64,000 bases of DNA, from NCBI GenBank assembly GCA_030141605.1, contig JAQGDQ010000017.1, positions 62,001 through 126,000 on the forward strand. Reading direction: 5' to 3'. Every line of letters starts with the position of its first letter. Position 1 is the stretch's first letter. A program made the translations under genes and the position numbers. This stretch comes from Tubiluchus corallicola. Taxonomy: Eukaryota > Animalia > Priapulida. The notes beneath the pieces were generated by a model. It saw only the letters and a program-made list of their open reading frames with translations. It searched no databases and had not been told where the DNA came from. Positions 10,901 to 25,600 of this stretch are shown here, piece by piece.

Positions 10901-13709
10901 GCCTCTTTGATCTGCATGCGGTACAGGCATGTTTTAACAAAGGCATGTAATTTGCTGAAATTAAACACCAGACTACTCAGTATTATGCTTGGATGAGTTT
11001 TGTGTAAAATTAACATGCTGGTACTCATTTAATCACTAACTTTGCATTTTAAAATGACGACTTTTTATTACAGTAATTATTTTTGTTATACATTTCGACC
11101 TTTGCAAGCTAGTATCAGCGGAAGTCTGTTTAATATAAATGGTTAACCAGACGGACACCAGTTAATGAAAAATCGTTGTCGCTGTTACTGTTTCTGCCAC
11201 TGTTCTCCTGCCATCGTAGTCTATAAGCCTCTTTTGTATTTTGTCAACGTTAATCGCTCGAAGCGATTCATTGTTTTTTAATGGAAAAAACGTTTTAGTT
11301 CTGATTAATGTTAATGTCACTATAGTCACTGTTTACAAGAACCTGCGTATATACTTCGTCTTATCTTGACAGCTAAGGCCCCAGCGACTTTTTAAGTGAC
11401 TGAAAATAGTTATGCTAATTTATGCCTGAGATGCTAACATGCCACTTAGTTTCCTTTATAACGCTATTAAGTATATGAGAAATTTAGCTTAATCATGAGA
11501 AAAATCTATAAATTAAGTTTTTTTCATGGCATCTTGCTTGAAAATATTCATTTATCTGAACCATAACGTTTCAAGTAATTGAATAGGTTTTTTTCGATTT
11601 CGCAAAACCGAAATCGTTAGAAAATTGATGCCTCCGAGTTACGTAGCTGTAGACAAGACTAGGTAAACATCCGAGAAAATCATTTCTAATTGCAAAAAAG
11701 TATTCACTATTCAACTACAGACTATGAAGTGCTGGCAGGTGTGCTAGAAATGATATGTAAAAACTCTATAGTATGTTTAATATATAAATTATATACAGGT
11801 TTAAAACAAATAAACCAGTACATCCAAGAATTACTTTTATTTCAACTGCTTCTGGGAAATTCCCAGAACCATTGGAAGAGTTATCTCAACTTTAGCATGT
11901 CTAATTTTTTGAGTCAGAACATTACATTACGCCTGCATAATTATGCCAAATTACTCTTTATGACGTATTCATTGCATTTATTGAATTACAGCAATCGTTT
12001 TTGTTTTTTCTCACTCCTCATGGGAATATCTAGAGGTTGCTAAGGCAACCACTCGCAGGCAGGTGCAGCCAATGATGAGTTCATTGTCCTAGTTACACAG
12101 GTAAGTCAGCGGGAATGATCCCAGGTAGTTAATTAATTGCTGTAGCCAGCCGATTAGCAGCGAGCAGTTATTTCGCTTACATCAGAGTGAATGTTCACGT
12201 TATGATGTTTTACTGTATGTGGCGATTCGATTATTTTTAATTATAGCTGTGATTGATTTTATAGGGGCTGCTAGCCTCATCCTAGGACATATTTACTTGC
12301 ACGAGTTAGTAGAAAACGAAAAAATGGAAAACCTGAAACGAGCGGCTGGCGAAAACAATGATGATGTTAATTACTTCAAATCACAACTATACAGCAATGT
12401 AATGAAAATCTATAGGTCTACATGATAATTGGTGAATTATCTGTAAACTACCAATAGCATTAGTTATTGCTGCAACTACTTGCAAATATCTTTTAGATGG
12501 AATTGTTTCCGCACTGAATTTGAATTGTCTCGCCTAAATTAAACTTAAGAATTTATTAGTTGTATGCGTGTATTTTTGTCTTTCTATTTTATTACGATAA
12601 GTGTGATTTTTCACACTGACACTCAATTTCTTATTTTAAAAGATACACGTGTAGCTTTGATGAGAAGTAGCTATCTACATCTAGCTCTCTATCTATTTAT
12701 CTATTAGGTAAATTATTATTATCGAAATAAGCAAACAATTAAAACCAGCAATATATACCCCCACTTACCTCTGTTAATTGTTGGTATTTAATTGCATTCT
12801 AAAAGCTTATACTTTAGTCTCCTGCGGAAGTTACCGGGTCATGGACTGTTACATTCTATTAATGAGAGTCTGGTAATACACGTGGATGTAATTATGTGTG
12901 TGTAGAGTACTCAATGTCAAGTACAATTAGGTGTCGTTTACCCTACTTGGACAAACTTTACGCTTTTTTATTACGATGAAAGAAAATTAGTGAGTGTCTC
13001 CTGGCCAAAATAATTACAAAAGAATGGGTTCTGTATATGCAAAAAAAGCGCTGGAGAAAGCGAAAGTTGAAAAGAAAATTTTGTTAAATTAAATTCGACA
13101 TTGAATGTGCTTTACTCTGTTTTTCAATTCAAAATGAGTTCAGAACATTTAATTGTTTATCAAAACATTGACCTATTTATTTTTTTGTGCAAAACTAGAA
13201 TTTTCCTGAAAAACGTTGCATCATTAGTTTAGTTGTGAAAGTTCATAATGAAGCGAAAACTCAAATAAGCTATGACCTGTAAGAAAAATGTCTAAAAGCA
13301 CAATCCATTTTTGTATTTTAACAATATTCGTGACATTACCTAGAACAATAGTCTCGCTAGGCCGTTTCCTGCTTGGCACAAATTACGAGCTATACATCAC
13401 ACCACCCGACTTTTATAAAACTACAATATCCATCAATTAGTAACAGGTAAATAATTTCTTTTGAGTCAAAATAATATTTAGATAAGCACACATATAAAAC
13501 ATTTGTGTTTAGTTCATCAAAGCTATAAAGGCTGCTCTTATACAAATGGCCTTGTTTTATAAGATAAGAAATATGTATATGGGTTAAGATAATGTGATTC
13601 GATATACTCGGTAGCTGCATCGGTTACAAGTTGACTACAATACTGAAACTTCAGAAAAGCATTATTGCACAAGGCAACTCACTGAACAGTTCGGATTTAG
13701 TGGAGATGT

Positions 13710-15115
13710 AACAAGAGCCAAAGCAACACCCCATTCCGCACCCAAATTTCTCAAATGATCAAAGTCATACTACGTATCTCATACCTTGCTCATTCCCCCT
13801 ATTTAGCATTACACTTCTGCCAGTTTTCTGAAGTATACCGCAGCTACTTTAGACAAATTTATGCATTAATGTGGATCGAATTTAGCCTTCAAAATGTGAC
13901 AGAATTCACACAAGAATTCGTATGTTAGCGCCACATGGACCTATTTTCAAAATTCAAATTCATCTAGTTCACAATATTTCTGACGTGGTCAGAAACTGAA
14001 GATCTTACAAACAATAGTCATAGAATTGGATCTTGTAAAGGTGTCAGCCATGTTGCTTGATTACTTACTACAGGCTAGTTCCGATTGACTTTGGAAGGCA
14101 TCTGTCTCCTGGACCCCTATTTTGAGTCGCGGGTTGGACATTCTCACTGTAACCTATGCCATTCGACTTGCTTCATTGAGACCTTCAATTTCATATGCTA
14201 TATAGTACTACTATTCATAGACTTAATGCATTTCTGTTCCCGAACCCCATTTTTCGGTTTTTGAAGCCCGAATTGAAGTCAGATATCAACCAGTCTTAAC
14301 GTAACTTATACCATTCAACTTGTCTCATTGAGACCTTTCATTTGATGCTACAAGCTAATTTCGGTTGACACTGGAAATCCTTTATCCGCTCATCCCTATT
14401 TTGCCCCGTAGTGGGGTCGCAGGTTAACCGATTCTCATTGTAACCCATGCCATTCGATTCACCTCATCGAAACCTCTCATTTGCAATACTACAAAGTACT
14501 ATTGCTCGACTCTCAGCGCATTTCTGTTCCTAAAGATAAATAAACGAAGACCCACCTACTCTGTGACTTTTGACCTAACAACTCGGGTCACATGTATCCG
14601 TAGTTCCTTTTACCCAGAGAGTGTATCCTGGAGGTTTTGCGACCCTAGCCCTCAGCATCTAAAAGGTCACCGAATGTGGGTACCCCCGATTTTCCATTTT
14701 GGCCCCTCCCTCGGACATTTAAATTTTATCAGCTTTTAAAACGCCAGAAAGCACATTTACCCCCCCCCCCCCCAGTACCCAAATACTTGTGAAAAGAATT
14801 TTGGCAAAAACTGAAACCACTAGGAGCTGAGAATTAAAGGAAAAAAATTACAGATGCTCGCCGCCTTTCTGCGTTGATCAAAGGTCAGAGGTCACCACAC
14901 TGTTGTTTGTGTCCGACCCGGGGCTATCCACCCTGTGAATTTCGTGGCCCTAGTTTGCAAGCCTAATAAGTTATTAAGCATTAAGTTTGCGGAGAATAAA
15001 TAAATAATAAATAACTGTACGAGAACCAATAAGGTTTTGCTGTTGCAAATTTTTAATTAAATAATAATAATATTAACTGTACGAACTCCAAGAAAATCTT
15101 GTTATAGATAAATTC
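13710..15115. mobile_element. Non-autonomous Helentron/HINE-like element with internal ~145-bp tandem units
   Basis: Three copies of GTAAC.TAT.CCATTC.A.T...TCAT.GA.ACCT near 14150, 14300 and 14440; TGACTTTTGACCT (~14565) and inverted AAAGGTCAGAGGTCA (~14880); (AAT)-rich tail with a short hairpin, duplicated at 15000-15115. Class and boundaries are inferred. Confidence 0.45.
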
Positions 15116-16659
15116 TTGAACTCTTAAATACATGTATATATAGCAAAATCTTAAATAAAGGTCAGGAATGGTGTATGACTCCCCTACCACCCCATCAATA
15201 CTGTTCATGTACCAGGCAATTGACTTCATTTTGTGAATTTGGAGATTTCAAAATTTTTGAAACTACAGACGTTACTATTCTATGCGCCACGCACTGTCTG
15301 CGATTTGGTAGGGGAGTGATAATAGCAACTTTCTCTACCAGGCAATCGGACAAGCAGTTTCACGTTTTCGTATAGAGTGGCCACTGTTTAATCCTTTAAT
15401 TAAACGGTTTTGCAGCTACCACTGCTTTAATAACCTGTTAGCAGTGGTCAATTTATGGATTACTAGCTGCTCGATTGTTGGTCAGCTGTGCTGCCTCCGG
15501 CCAGAATTCTGCAAGTACCTCTACGCTTGACTCCAGTGTTAAATTAAACACGATGGTTAGGATAAGGAGAGGCCTGAGCATTAGAAATTACTGAGCGTTT
15601 TAATACACTCCACACTATACATGGATACAAATGGAAAACCCATAAACTCTATCTGTCTTGGGGATGATTGTACGTGGTCTATATATAATAGAGTGTTTTA
15701 TTAGTTTTTGTAGAATGCTATACCTTTTGTTTTATATCCTTTTACTCACTATCACTATTTTACATGGAAGAAATTCTTACATAAAGGTTTAAATACAGGA
15801 AAATATTAACTGTTTTTTTTCATAAACAAGGAATTCTCATCTGTAACAGTCGTCAGGAAAATTACGACAAGATTCTTCTGAGACTGCTAATATGGTAACA
15901 TGAGTTAGGTTCCGTTTACCAGCATGTCATTGGAACAGGTTTGCACCCGGTTTTAGTTGAAGAATGAATTCCAGATCACGTCAAAATAATATATTAACTG
16001 GTTACAGTAAACCGTAAAATCTTTGGACGTACAAACGCTTACCATTATAATCTATGCGAAATTTACTTTGCTTGCGATTGCGTACGGTTGTTTACACAAC
16101 TGATAAACAGTAGCCTACATTCATCGTCAGTATCACTCGGCTTCATTGCATCACTGTCAGAATGTGCCAAAATGTACTCACTATTTCCGTGCCATAGTTT
16201 CTGTGTGTATTTGCACTGACTCTTTCTTTGGCAAACGTTACAAAGACCGCTTTCTTACTGTGCCACTCTTTTTCTCGCAGAGGACGTAATACTTATAATG
16301 CGGGCGTGCCTTTTGTCACGTTGTAACTCTTTTAAGTAATCTAGCTGCCATTAGGAAAATGCATCAACCATTTTACATGCAACATTTAGGCCACTTTTAC
16401 GCTTAATTTACTACACACTTAAAAACACTCAATCGATCACAAATAAGCGAAGTCATTATTGTCTTACTGAAGCTCTAGACTTAAGTTCGGTTAACTGCCC
16501 TGATCGTTTTATTCTCGGTCATTCTGGGTTTTGGCAGTTTAGCTTGGTTTCAAGCAAGAAAAGTGGAAACCAAACAAAATAATTCGAATACTAGAAAACT
16601 GATACCAGGAGGTGATTCAGGCGAGTTCACTATATAGGTTGGACATCACAGTTTTAAAC

Positions 16660-16915
16660 CCTCGTCGACTGTCATCACCGTAACTGTCATTACGACAGTT
16701 GTCATCGACGTCATCGTTATCACCTGTTTTCACTCATTTACCATTATTGTAGTTACGTGCGACGCTACTACAACTGCTATCATTTCACGCCATCACATTC
16801 CTCGTCGTCATCATCGTCATTATCGTTATCCTCATTGTCGTCATAATCATCCTTATCATCGTCATCGTCGCTATAACCAAAGTTACAGCCCTGCCGTTAT
16901 CATCATCGTCGTTAC
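16660..16915. repeat. Degenerate (CAT/CGT)n trinucleotide low-complexity tract
   Basis: Runs such as gtcatcatcgtcattatcgttatcctcattgtcgtcataatcatc. Confidence 0.8.
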
Positions 16916-17312
16916 ATTTATTTGTCTTCAACACTATATATTCACCGTTCTCACGTACTTCTAATGTGTTTTATAACGTTCATTGCACAGCTATTTATTA
17001 TTCGTATAAACTGCGGGTTGGAATTTTAATAGTCGTGTAATCGATTACAAAATCAATGCAGCACTTAACAGTTTCTATTGTAGCTGACGCTTTGTAATTG
17101 CAGCTAACAATGTGTGTTAAAATAGAAAGTGCTTATCTGGGCAAGAGCTCTTTACTTATGACATTTATAAACTCTTCGTGAACCTCAGTATTTCGTGTTT
17201 TTTATGAGCTCTGGCAAGCAACGTCGTTAAATAGACAACCCACCCAGCAACTTTAGTACGCAATAGTTTTTCTATCTGTTGACCGAATTATTGATGTGTG
17301 CCTAAATACTTA

Positions 17313-17388
17313 GCAGACAGACAGATAGATAGACAGACCGACCGACCGACCGACCAACTCTGACTAACTGATTGACTGACTGACTGAT
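17313..17388. repeat. Compound tetranucleotide microsatellite (GACA/GATA/GACC/GACT)n
   Basis: Directly visible. Confidence 0.9.
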
Positions 17389-20300
17389 TGTAAAATGTAT
17401 TACTGGAAAACGTATGTAATTCGCGAGCATTAGCTTTAGATTATAAAAGGCAAAGTGTTTAAACAGTTTGAGTATTTCAATTTGTTTGCAGCTTGCGTTG
17501 ACGAATAAGATCATTACAACCGGAAACCGACAACTTTTTATGGTAAGCCATGCTTAGAAAAACATTTTGGCATTGGATAATAGCATTTTCCTTTTTACTT
17601 AAGCAGTCTGCACTGCGGAGTAATTACAGTAATCAGACTCCAAATTGCTCCTCCCCACAAAAAAAAATTGTCAGAAGAATGTGCAGCGCAGACTCAATTT
17701 TTTATGAATGGTTCATTATTAAAACTTGTACTGCATTAAAATGCCATCATTGGAGTGATACATCAGCTGTATGATTTAGGAAACACTAACTATGTTCTTG
17801 GGTTAGTAACTGCTATCACAATTTTCAATTCGCTGAAAAGGATTAAACAGTACCAACTAAGAATCTTTGATAAACTTGTCATCTGTGATTCCATTCCAGT
17901 CTGTCTTGATATTGTAAAAAATATGCTTAGTTAGAATTATCATCTATTACCATACCATGCATATCACTCAGAAATTAATCGCAACCTAGTTTCTTTTCTT
18001 TTGTATTTCTTCCTGTTTTCGACAAGAACCCCTGATCAAAGCATGTGGTGGCTCACTCGAGTTAGGTTTACATTGTAAGAAGAAAATAACGATATTTATA
18101 ATAGTGAACAAATAATGAGTGAACACGAAAAATATGGTAAAAATTGTGACCGAATTCATAGTAAGGAGGTAATATGCTCTGTGATGAAGAAGCTCACTTA
18201 ATTACAGTAAGCCTTGTTTATTAATGGTTGAACAAATTATGGCAATACTGTAAGCTAATAATCTTCTAATGGTTGGTGCCAGCGAATAAAACAATGAATA
18301 GATGAATGAATGAATGAATTAATTAATCAGTAAATGAATGAGTGATTGAGTGAATTAACTTGACGCAAAAATGTATTTTCTATTTTTTAGATGAAATAAT
18401 ATATACTGCATGTTTGAACCCTGGTGGGGGACAAAGCAAGTGGGCTAAGCTGTTTTAGTTCAGATAAACGATAGCAGGTAGTTCAACTTTAACTGCTTGT
18501 GATAACACAATATGATGCAACTACAAACTTACTGCATGATTTACAGCAGATTAATATTAATAATAATACAGCAGATTACAGCAGACGAATCATTTTGATT
18601 TGTGATTGGTAAACAAAGCAAGAGACGTTTAAGCAACAATCTTTACGATGCAAAACGTTTTAACAATTCAAAACAGAGTAAACTCGATGTAACAACAATC
18701 AACATGAATTCGCAAATCAGTATGAGCAAACACGCTTCTGAATGAAATAATCACTAGCCGTCTTCATACAAAATTCATATCTTGGGTAATTGTTATAACA
18801 GTCAGGCAAATTTTATCAGCTTTTGAGACTACCTGCCTGGTCAGGTGCGCTGAACACAATTACCTGGCTGCACTAATTGCTATCGTTGCTTGAGGTGGTA
18901 CATCATAAGCCTTTGTTAAACATCAGTAATATTTCAACGTGAACGGCTGCATTAATGCTGAACAAAGCGATGCTGATAATTGAAATTACCGAGATTACAA
19001 GTCGTCGTGTGCTACGTACAATTTGTAAGCTGATTCAGAACAAAGCAGAAGCCTTTTTTTACTAAGCACCGGGAATTAAAAAGATGTGTCGTATTACCCG
19101 TGGGAAGAAAATACCGTGGAAAAGTCTTTATTTATCTCACGAATTCGTGATCGTTTATAATCATTTTAACAGAGTTCATAGTTAAAATCATCGTATTTAT
19201 ATTTAACCATGTGAACAACACAAAATAACAGAAAAAACAAACAAAGGAAAAAATCATTTGTATTTTATTATTACATATGATTTTGGCAATTTTTTCAAGA
19301 AAGAGAGAATAAAAAGCAATTCAGAGGAAATAGAAAGGAAAAGAGATAAAAATGAACAAATTTGTGAGTCGGCGTATAATAGTGCTGTAACGTTTTATCC
19401 TTTTCAGTGTGCGAATGTTATATATTACGTTGGCCAAATAAAATCTTCTAATCTTAGTAATTATAGTACTTACCTATAGTACACTAGTGGAATATTTTGG
19501 AAAATACAGGCCTCATAAACCATCAGAAATATTTATGAAATGCGTTTTATTTACACATACACATGTTTAACTTAAAACAACAATGACAACCACAACAACA
19601 ACAACAACAGTACAATTAGATTTAAACATGTGATGCGCTGTCTTGAATAGGCATTCAAAGTTCAAACCTAAGACGAAATTATTTTTTAATCTCAGGTTCA
19701 ATAGACGGCGACGTATGGCTTTAAATACTTTGTATGATGTATAAATTCAGGGCCAAAGCTTCTACAAGAAGACAATTCCCGATGCTTTAAAAACTGGTTG
19801 ATTTTAATTGCTTGCACAGTAGCTACATTCTGCTTCAGTTATCTGCTGTGAATGAGCTTCAGGCTCTTGGAATGAAAGAAGTAAAAAAACACCAGGACAG
19901 CAAGGGCAGTTTGGGCATGTGTGAAACTGTTTACTTACCAGAAGCGTGTCTGCTTCTTCTCAGCCGTAATGTATGAGCATCACGAATAAAAATGTGTCTT
20001 TGTGTGTGACACGTAGCAGACGCAGGTCGACGGGAATTTTGTTTCATTTTTTACCTTGTATACAAAGTCGGTGTTAGTAATGACATAAAACAGGCTTAGC
20101 ACAAATGGAACTTTTCTAAACATAGTATAGGTGTTGAAGTAACAATTTTTTTATTAATGTCTATGTTTTGTTACGGGAAAAGTTTGTTGAAGAGGAATAG
20201 ATTTCACCACCGCAAAAAATAGAACATTTCTTTCTTTGTTTTTCGACTATCATTCTCTAGTCGTCTCTCCTTCCTGATCTTACTTTCTCCAAGAAAATGG

Positions 20301-20496
20301 AAGGAAAGAAAAAATGAAAAATACGAGAAAAAAGAATAAAAGAGAGAAAAGTACGAAAGAATGATAGGAAAAAGAAGACGAACGTGAAAAACAAAAACCA
20401 AAGAAAAAAGAAATGAAAAAGAAAGAAAAGAAAAGCTACGAAAAACAAACAAACAAACGAACAGACATACAAACAGATAAACAAACAAACAAAAGG

Positions 20497-20593
<97 letters not shown>

Positions 20594-20598
20594 GCTAG

Positions 20599-20676
<78 letters not shown>

Positions 20677-20677
20677 T

Positions 20678-20711
<34 letters not shown>

Positions 20712-20751
20712 CAACTAACCAACCAATAAACCAGCCAACTAACTAACTAAC
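20497..20751. repeat. (AACT)n microsatellite of about 250 bp, preceded by an A-rich (GAAA/CAAA) tract from about 20290
   Basis: Directly visible, near perfect. Confidence 0.97.
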
Positions 20752-22059
20752 ACACAATCAAATAAACAAACAAGGAAAAAGAAGGAAAAGACAAGGAAAG
20801 CAATTTCTCTATGTTCTCATCTGGGTAAGATAGCTTACCGACTTGTGGCCGATTTCTTGGACAAAACAACTTATACTAGAGCACTATGTGAGTCCATAAT
20901 ACTGGAAAATTGCCGGCATTACCGAACCAAACATCGCCTTGTCAAATGTCCACTTTGTGTTTAACTTGACAAACTGGTTTAAAAGTTAAATCTGGGCTGT
21001 TGTCCCGAACATTCTTATATTTTGTATTATTCATTGATGTTGGTTGACTTTTCTAACCGATGCGGACAGGATGATAGGCATCAGCACTCTTACCAGCTTG
21101 TTTCCGACATTAATCCATAAACAACCCCGGTTGAAATACTACTGCCATTCTTGTATTTACACTACTTATTTTCAGTTACAAAACAGCACTCCACTTCGGA
21201 ATTTCGACCGCAACTTTGATTTTTATTCACACCTGCATGGTATTAAAATGCCGCTGATTGTTTCGTGATAACATCAAACTGTACTTTATTGCTGGGGAAA
21301 GTGTTGACTTAATTAAGCAGTAAATTAATCTAGCCAGGTGACTAGGATTCTAAATCCAGGTGCGACGGTTCGCTCTGTGGTCTAGTAATAAAATATATAA
21401 GGCCACATACGGTAGCCGCAGAGCTCGCAGGTCAGGCTATCTCCTTAAACAGGCACGCAGAGGTTTGGAGCTTTTGACTATTAGACAAGTTAAAATCGCA
21501 TTTTCCAAGGCACGTTTAGTTAGTTGTTTGTTGATAGAACAATATAGATAAATGACCGTGCTGGTACACGCAGGTAATTTTCCCAGTTTAAGGTACCCTT
21601 GTATTTACAAAATTTGTTCGTGTGATTTCAGCACAGGAGAAAATATATAATTTGAAATTAAACGGCACTAGATGCAATTCAGACATTTTTTGTATTCCTA
21701 TAAAAACAAATAAAAGAATTTTTAGGCATTTTTCATAGTCAGAAATCATTAAATAGTCCAATATTCACTATTCGGTGTGTATAGTTTTGTCTACGGTAGA
21801 ATATTTTATTCTCATCATAAATTCTGATAATAAGTTATTTTTATAACACAAAATCCGCATTTATCCTGATCATCTCAAATGTACATTATGTACGTATGTT
21901 GGTAAAATCACGACAACAGGATATTACAAAACGACACTGTCAGTTTTTGCAGTGCCATTAGTCATTTTCCTACGTTTCGCAGCGTTAGCGTTTACTCATC
22001 AGCTGCATCACGTGATGAAGATACTTGTACCTGCAATTTCGAGCAAGTTCAGCAGGTAA

Positions 22060-22220
22060 CCTACTCGCGCATGCGCATTTGAAACGCTGCCCATGTTCGT
22101 AATCTGCTCTCATGCAATATCCCGCTGGCGAATGCGTATTGTGGCGTGGTCAGCGTACCGTGAAAACGTTAAACTAGACGCCACGTTATTACAGCACTGC
22201 ATATCTTTGGTCAGTGTTTG
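22060..22220 (+). promoter_or_regulatory. Probable proximal promoter of the Ig-superfamily gene
   Basis: CpG-enriched patch with the NRF1/ewg palindrome GCGCATGCGC (22067-22076) and an Inr-like TCAGT (about 22211), 350-500 nt upstream of the signal-peptide ATG. Confidence 0.5.
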
Positions 22221-22564
22221 TGTTTGTTACGCTGTTTCTTCGAAAGTTTTTTCCGTAAACTGTGCTAAGAGCTCACTAGTTTATAAGTCTTAATTTAACG
22301 ATTCTAGTAGTAGTAATTCGTCGTCATCTTTTAACAGCAAGTTTACGAAAGATGTGACACGTTTTGGAAAGGATTATTCGGCAAAGGATAACAAATTTCA
22401 AGGCGTCTTTGTCAAGAAGTGATCTTGCCGTACCTGTTTAAGTTGCTGTATCTGCTGTGCGTGCTACCTGTGCTGTTGATTAACTCATGTGTAAGACAGC
22501 TTGTCATTAATGCTACCTCCTCAATCGATAACGAGAAAGAGCTAGTACTCGCTACTCCCGCAGG

Positions 22565-22622
22565 ATGGGATTTTCAAAGTTAATTGTCGTCTGTATTGTT
22601 TTATCTTGGTGCTGTTTAACAG
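22565..22622 (+). CDS. Ig gene exon 1: signal peptide MGFSKLIVVCIVLSWCCLT
   Basis: Basic residue plus hydrophobic core; strong phase-1 donor ACAG|GTAAGA that matches the phase of the 51608 exon. Not in the ORF track. Linkage across 29 kb is inferred. Confidence 0.75.
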
Positions 22623-25600
22623 GTAAGATTTTAATTGATTTCTACACGTTTTGTCGAAGTTTCGGGATATACGTGTATAGCTTGTTAGTGTCGTAATTAT
22701 TATGGTTAGGGGTTGTACAACGAATTAAATCTATGATATCAAAGCTGTTGTTTAATGCGAAAAGTGTAATAATTTTGAATAATACACTTACATTTTCCGG
22801 ATTTACAACGTCGGTGAATTACTGATTTAGCAATTAAACCTTCTTAAACTTAGTGTTATATTGATAGTCATTCCTGTTGGGTAGTAAATTGTAAAATTAG
22901 TCCTATGGTTTTTCTTAAATCCGATTTATCTTCCGTTTTTGCAAATTTAGTTTAGTTAAGACGTAATGATAATTTTTCTGAAGTGATTTTTCTTGTAATA
23001 CTTTACTTACAAACTAAAACGCAATAATTTATTATGGAGTGTTAAAATTATGTTGGCTTTATGTGTGATAGTGTTCTTTAGACGTCCATATTACATTTTG
23101 ATTGGCAAGCCTACACTATGCAGCAGTAATGGTAATGCGAATTAATGCAGGCAAGCAGCAGTGTCACGAAATAAGACTGTGGAAATGCATGTGAATGCAT
23201 CTCTAATGGAATATTAAATTGCTGCAGAAGTCTGACCTACTAATATTCGGCATAATTACTAGCACACTGATTACTGTGGTATGCATTACAAATCTAGTAA
23301 CACGCATTACATGCATAGTTACAGCATATCAAATGCGCTGATTATCATTCGCAGAATCTGTCTAAATATCGCCTACAGTGAGATGAACTCGTAAATTTTA
23401 TTAACTTATCAGACCAAGAATTCGTTGCTTGTGATTGTTTTTACTTTGAACGTGTTTTTCTAGGCACCAGTTTGTGATCTTTGTCACCCCGTCAACTCCG
23501 TTTCGCTTTATTTTGACGCCGTTGAAACATCTGAAAGTAATTAGCAAAATTCTGCAAAATAATAACGACTTTAATAGATTGTTTAACAAAGTTTTGATTT
23601 TCACGGTATGTTGGTTTAGTCCTAGTCTAGTAACATGCTAGCTTTGTCTTTATTATTTGTGCTAACATTTAAGCAGTTTAGTGAGTTCACCCAAATAAAA
23701 TTTAATGAAAGAGTTAATTATGCTAATTTAATAAGGCATGGTTGATCATATTTTAGGGGCATTAGTTAATCTGCGCCCGCTTTAAGTATGTTAAATTTTA
23801 AATATTACACAAACGTTTAGTGTGATCAATTTTCCACGTAAACATGGTAAAACTTTGTCGGCATTTTTTGTTTAACAATAATAAGTTTTACTAGGTAAAC
23901 AGCAAAATTATCTTTTGACCTGCATTGGACTAGTTTCACCTGCTTGTATTAAAGCTTTTCATACCGACACGTCATAAGCAATAGTGTGCTGTAGCCTGTC
24001 TCACAATGGTTTTAGGTCACAGACTTTATTTGAAATTTATGTAATTGTAAAGGTGTGCCACGCGATGCTTTAACTCCTATCTGTGCTGATGATAATTTAT
24101 GACAATTAGCAACTCAGTGACATAACTTTTAGTATTTTAACAAGTGATCATATTCCTCGTATTCCGTAACTAACTTTGGATTCGCCTATTATGTAAAACA
24201 GCATAGTGATACTATTTACACAACAAGTACTAAAAGCACACTATGCCAGGTCATGATTGTTAAGATAACAACTAGTAATTTGGAGTGGGTTTTAAAGAGG
24301 TGTGTAATTTAAAATTTCTAGCAACAGTCTAGAGTTTTTGGCGTAGAGGTCATCAAGTGTTTCCGTCACAGGAAACTATTAAAAACTGGAGCGCTTTTAC
24401 ATAACTTATGTATGGTACATTTGCTTATTTAAAAGAAAAAATTCAGGGTGGCAATTGGAAAAGCTTTTTACATGTCAGTTGGTTTACAGTTTTACAAGGC
24501 AGTCTGTAAACAGCGCTCAATCAGTTAATTTTTTAAACGATACAACTTTTTTGCCGATTAAGTTTAGTGTTATAATTTGTATTTTTCGATCGAAAAAATT
24601 GCCAGGAATATATCTGTGTGGTCCTCGTTTTCTGAGCACTGGTTTACGATTTGACGAGCACTTAAGATACTTAAATCTCCGAATAGCCTGAGATTGGAAG
24701 CTTATCAATTTTGACCACATGCTGATGTTTATGTGTCTTTGCCAGAGAATTACTCGCAGCTATTCGCCTCTGTCTGTTGCTTTAATCCACAAGAACTGCT
24801 GAAATTTGTTAGTCTGACAGAAATTAGTTCACTATTCAGCGCTTGTGACCTCCAAATCAAAACAGACAACCCGGGCAGTCTGCGATTGTTTTTCTAATGA
24901 CCACAAAGTCTGGTGTCAAGTTCCGTTGAAGTGGTTCTGGAGTGTGTGAATAAATAGTTCATTTTCTGCAGGGATTTCTTTAACCACGGCTTTGTGAGAG
25001 AGAAATAGGTTTCTAGAGTTATCATATATGGATTGTGAGGCGCTATAGGTTTAAATTTGTACGTAGTCAATGAGTTGCCAATGTGACTACTAGTCTTATA
25101 TTCATGTTTATTAGTGCCAAAAATACATGCAATGCAAAAATTAAGATATACATACAGTTTCAATTTTGATTGAAATACAAACTAACGATTATTGATGAAG
25201 CAAATATTATTAAGCACTTCTGCTAATTATTTTAGTTATTTAAATAAAGAGTTTAATGATTAGTCTTTAAAATAGATTGCCACTCATTTGGCCTCATTTT
25301 CAGTGATATGATTATTCGGTAGTATATTGTTCATCGTGTCTTAAAAACGTTTTTCAACATAATCCTAAGGTTATTAACTGTATCTGACAAATATCCTAGG
25401 GTTGTTAATTGTGTCTAAAAAGACTAAAACCCGAAGAACAATCATAACATAATTTTGACGAGTAAAAATAAAAATTTGACGTGACATACAGGCCATAAGA
25501 AATCAATATAACAGTATGAAATTTAAAGGTATAACATGCATAATTTTAATTTTATTTTCAGAACATGTGGTCATAAACCTTACATAAACAAACTTGTTAG

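Noticed and set aside
20204-20488. Phe-rich membrane-like ORFs
   Set aside because: Translation of an A-rich simple repeat.
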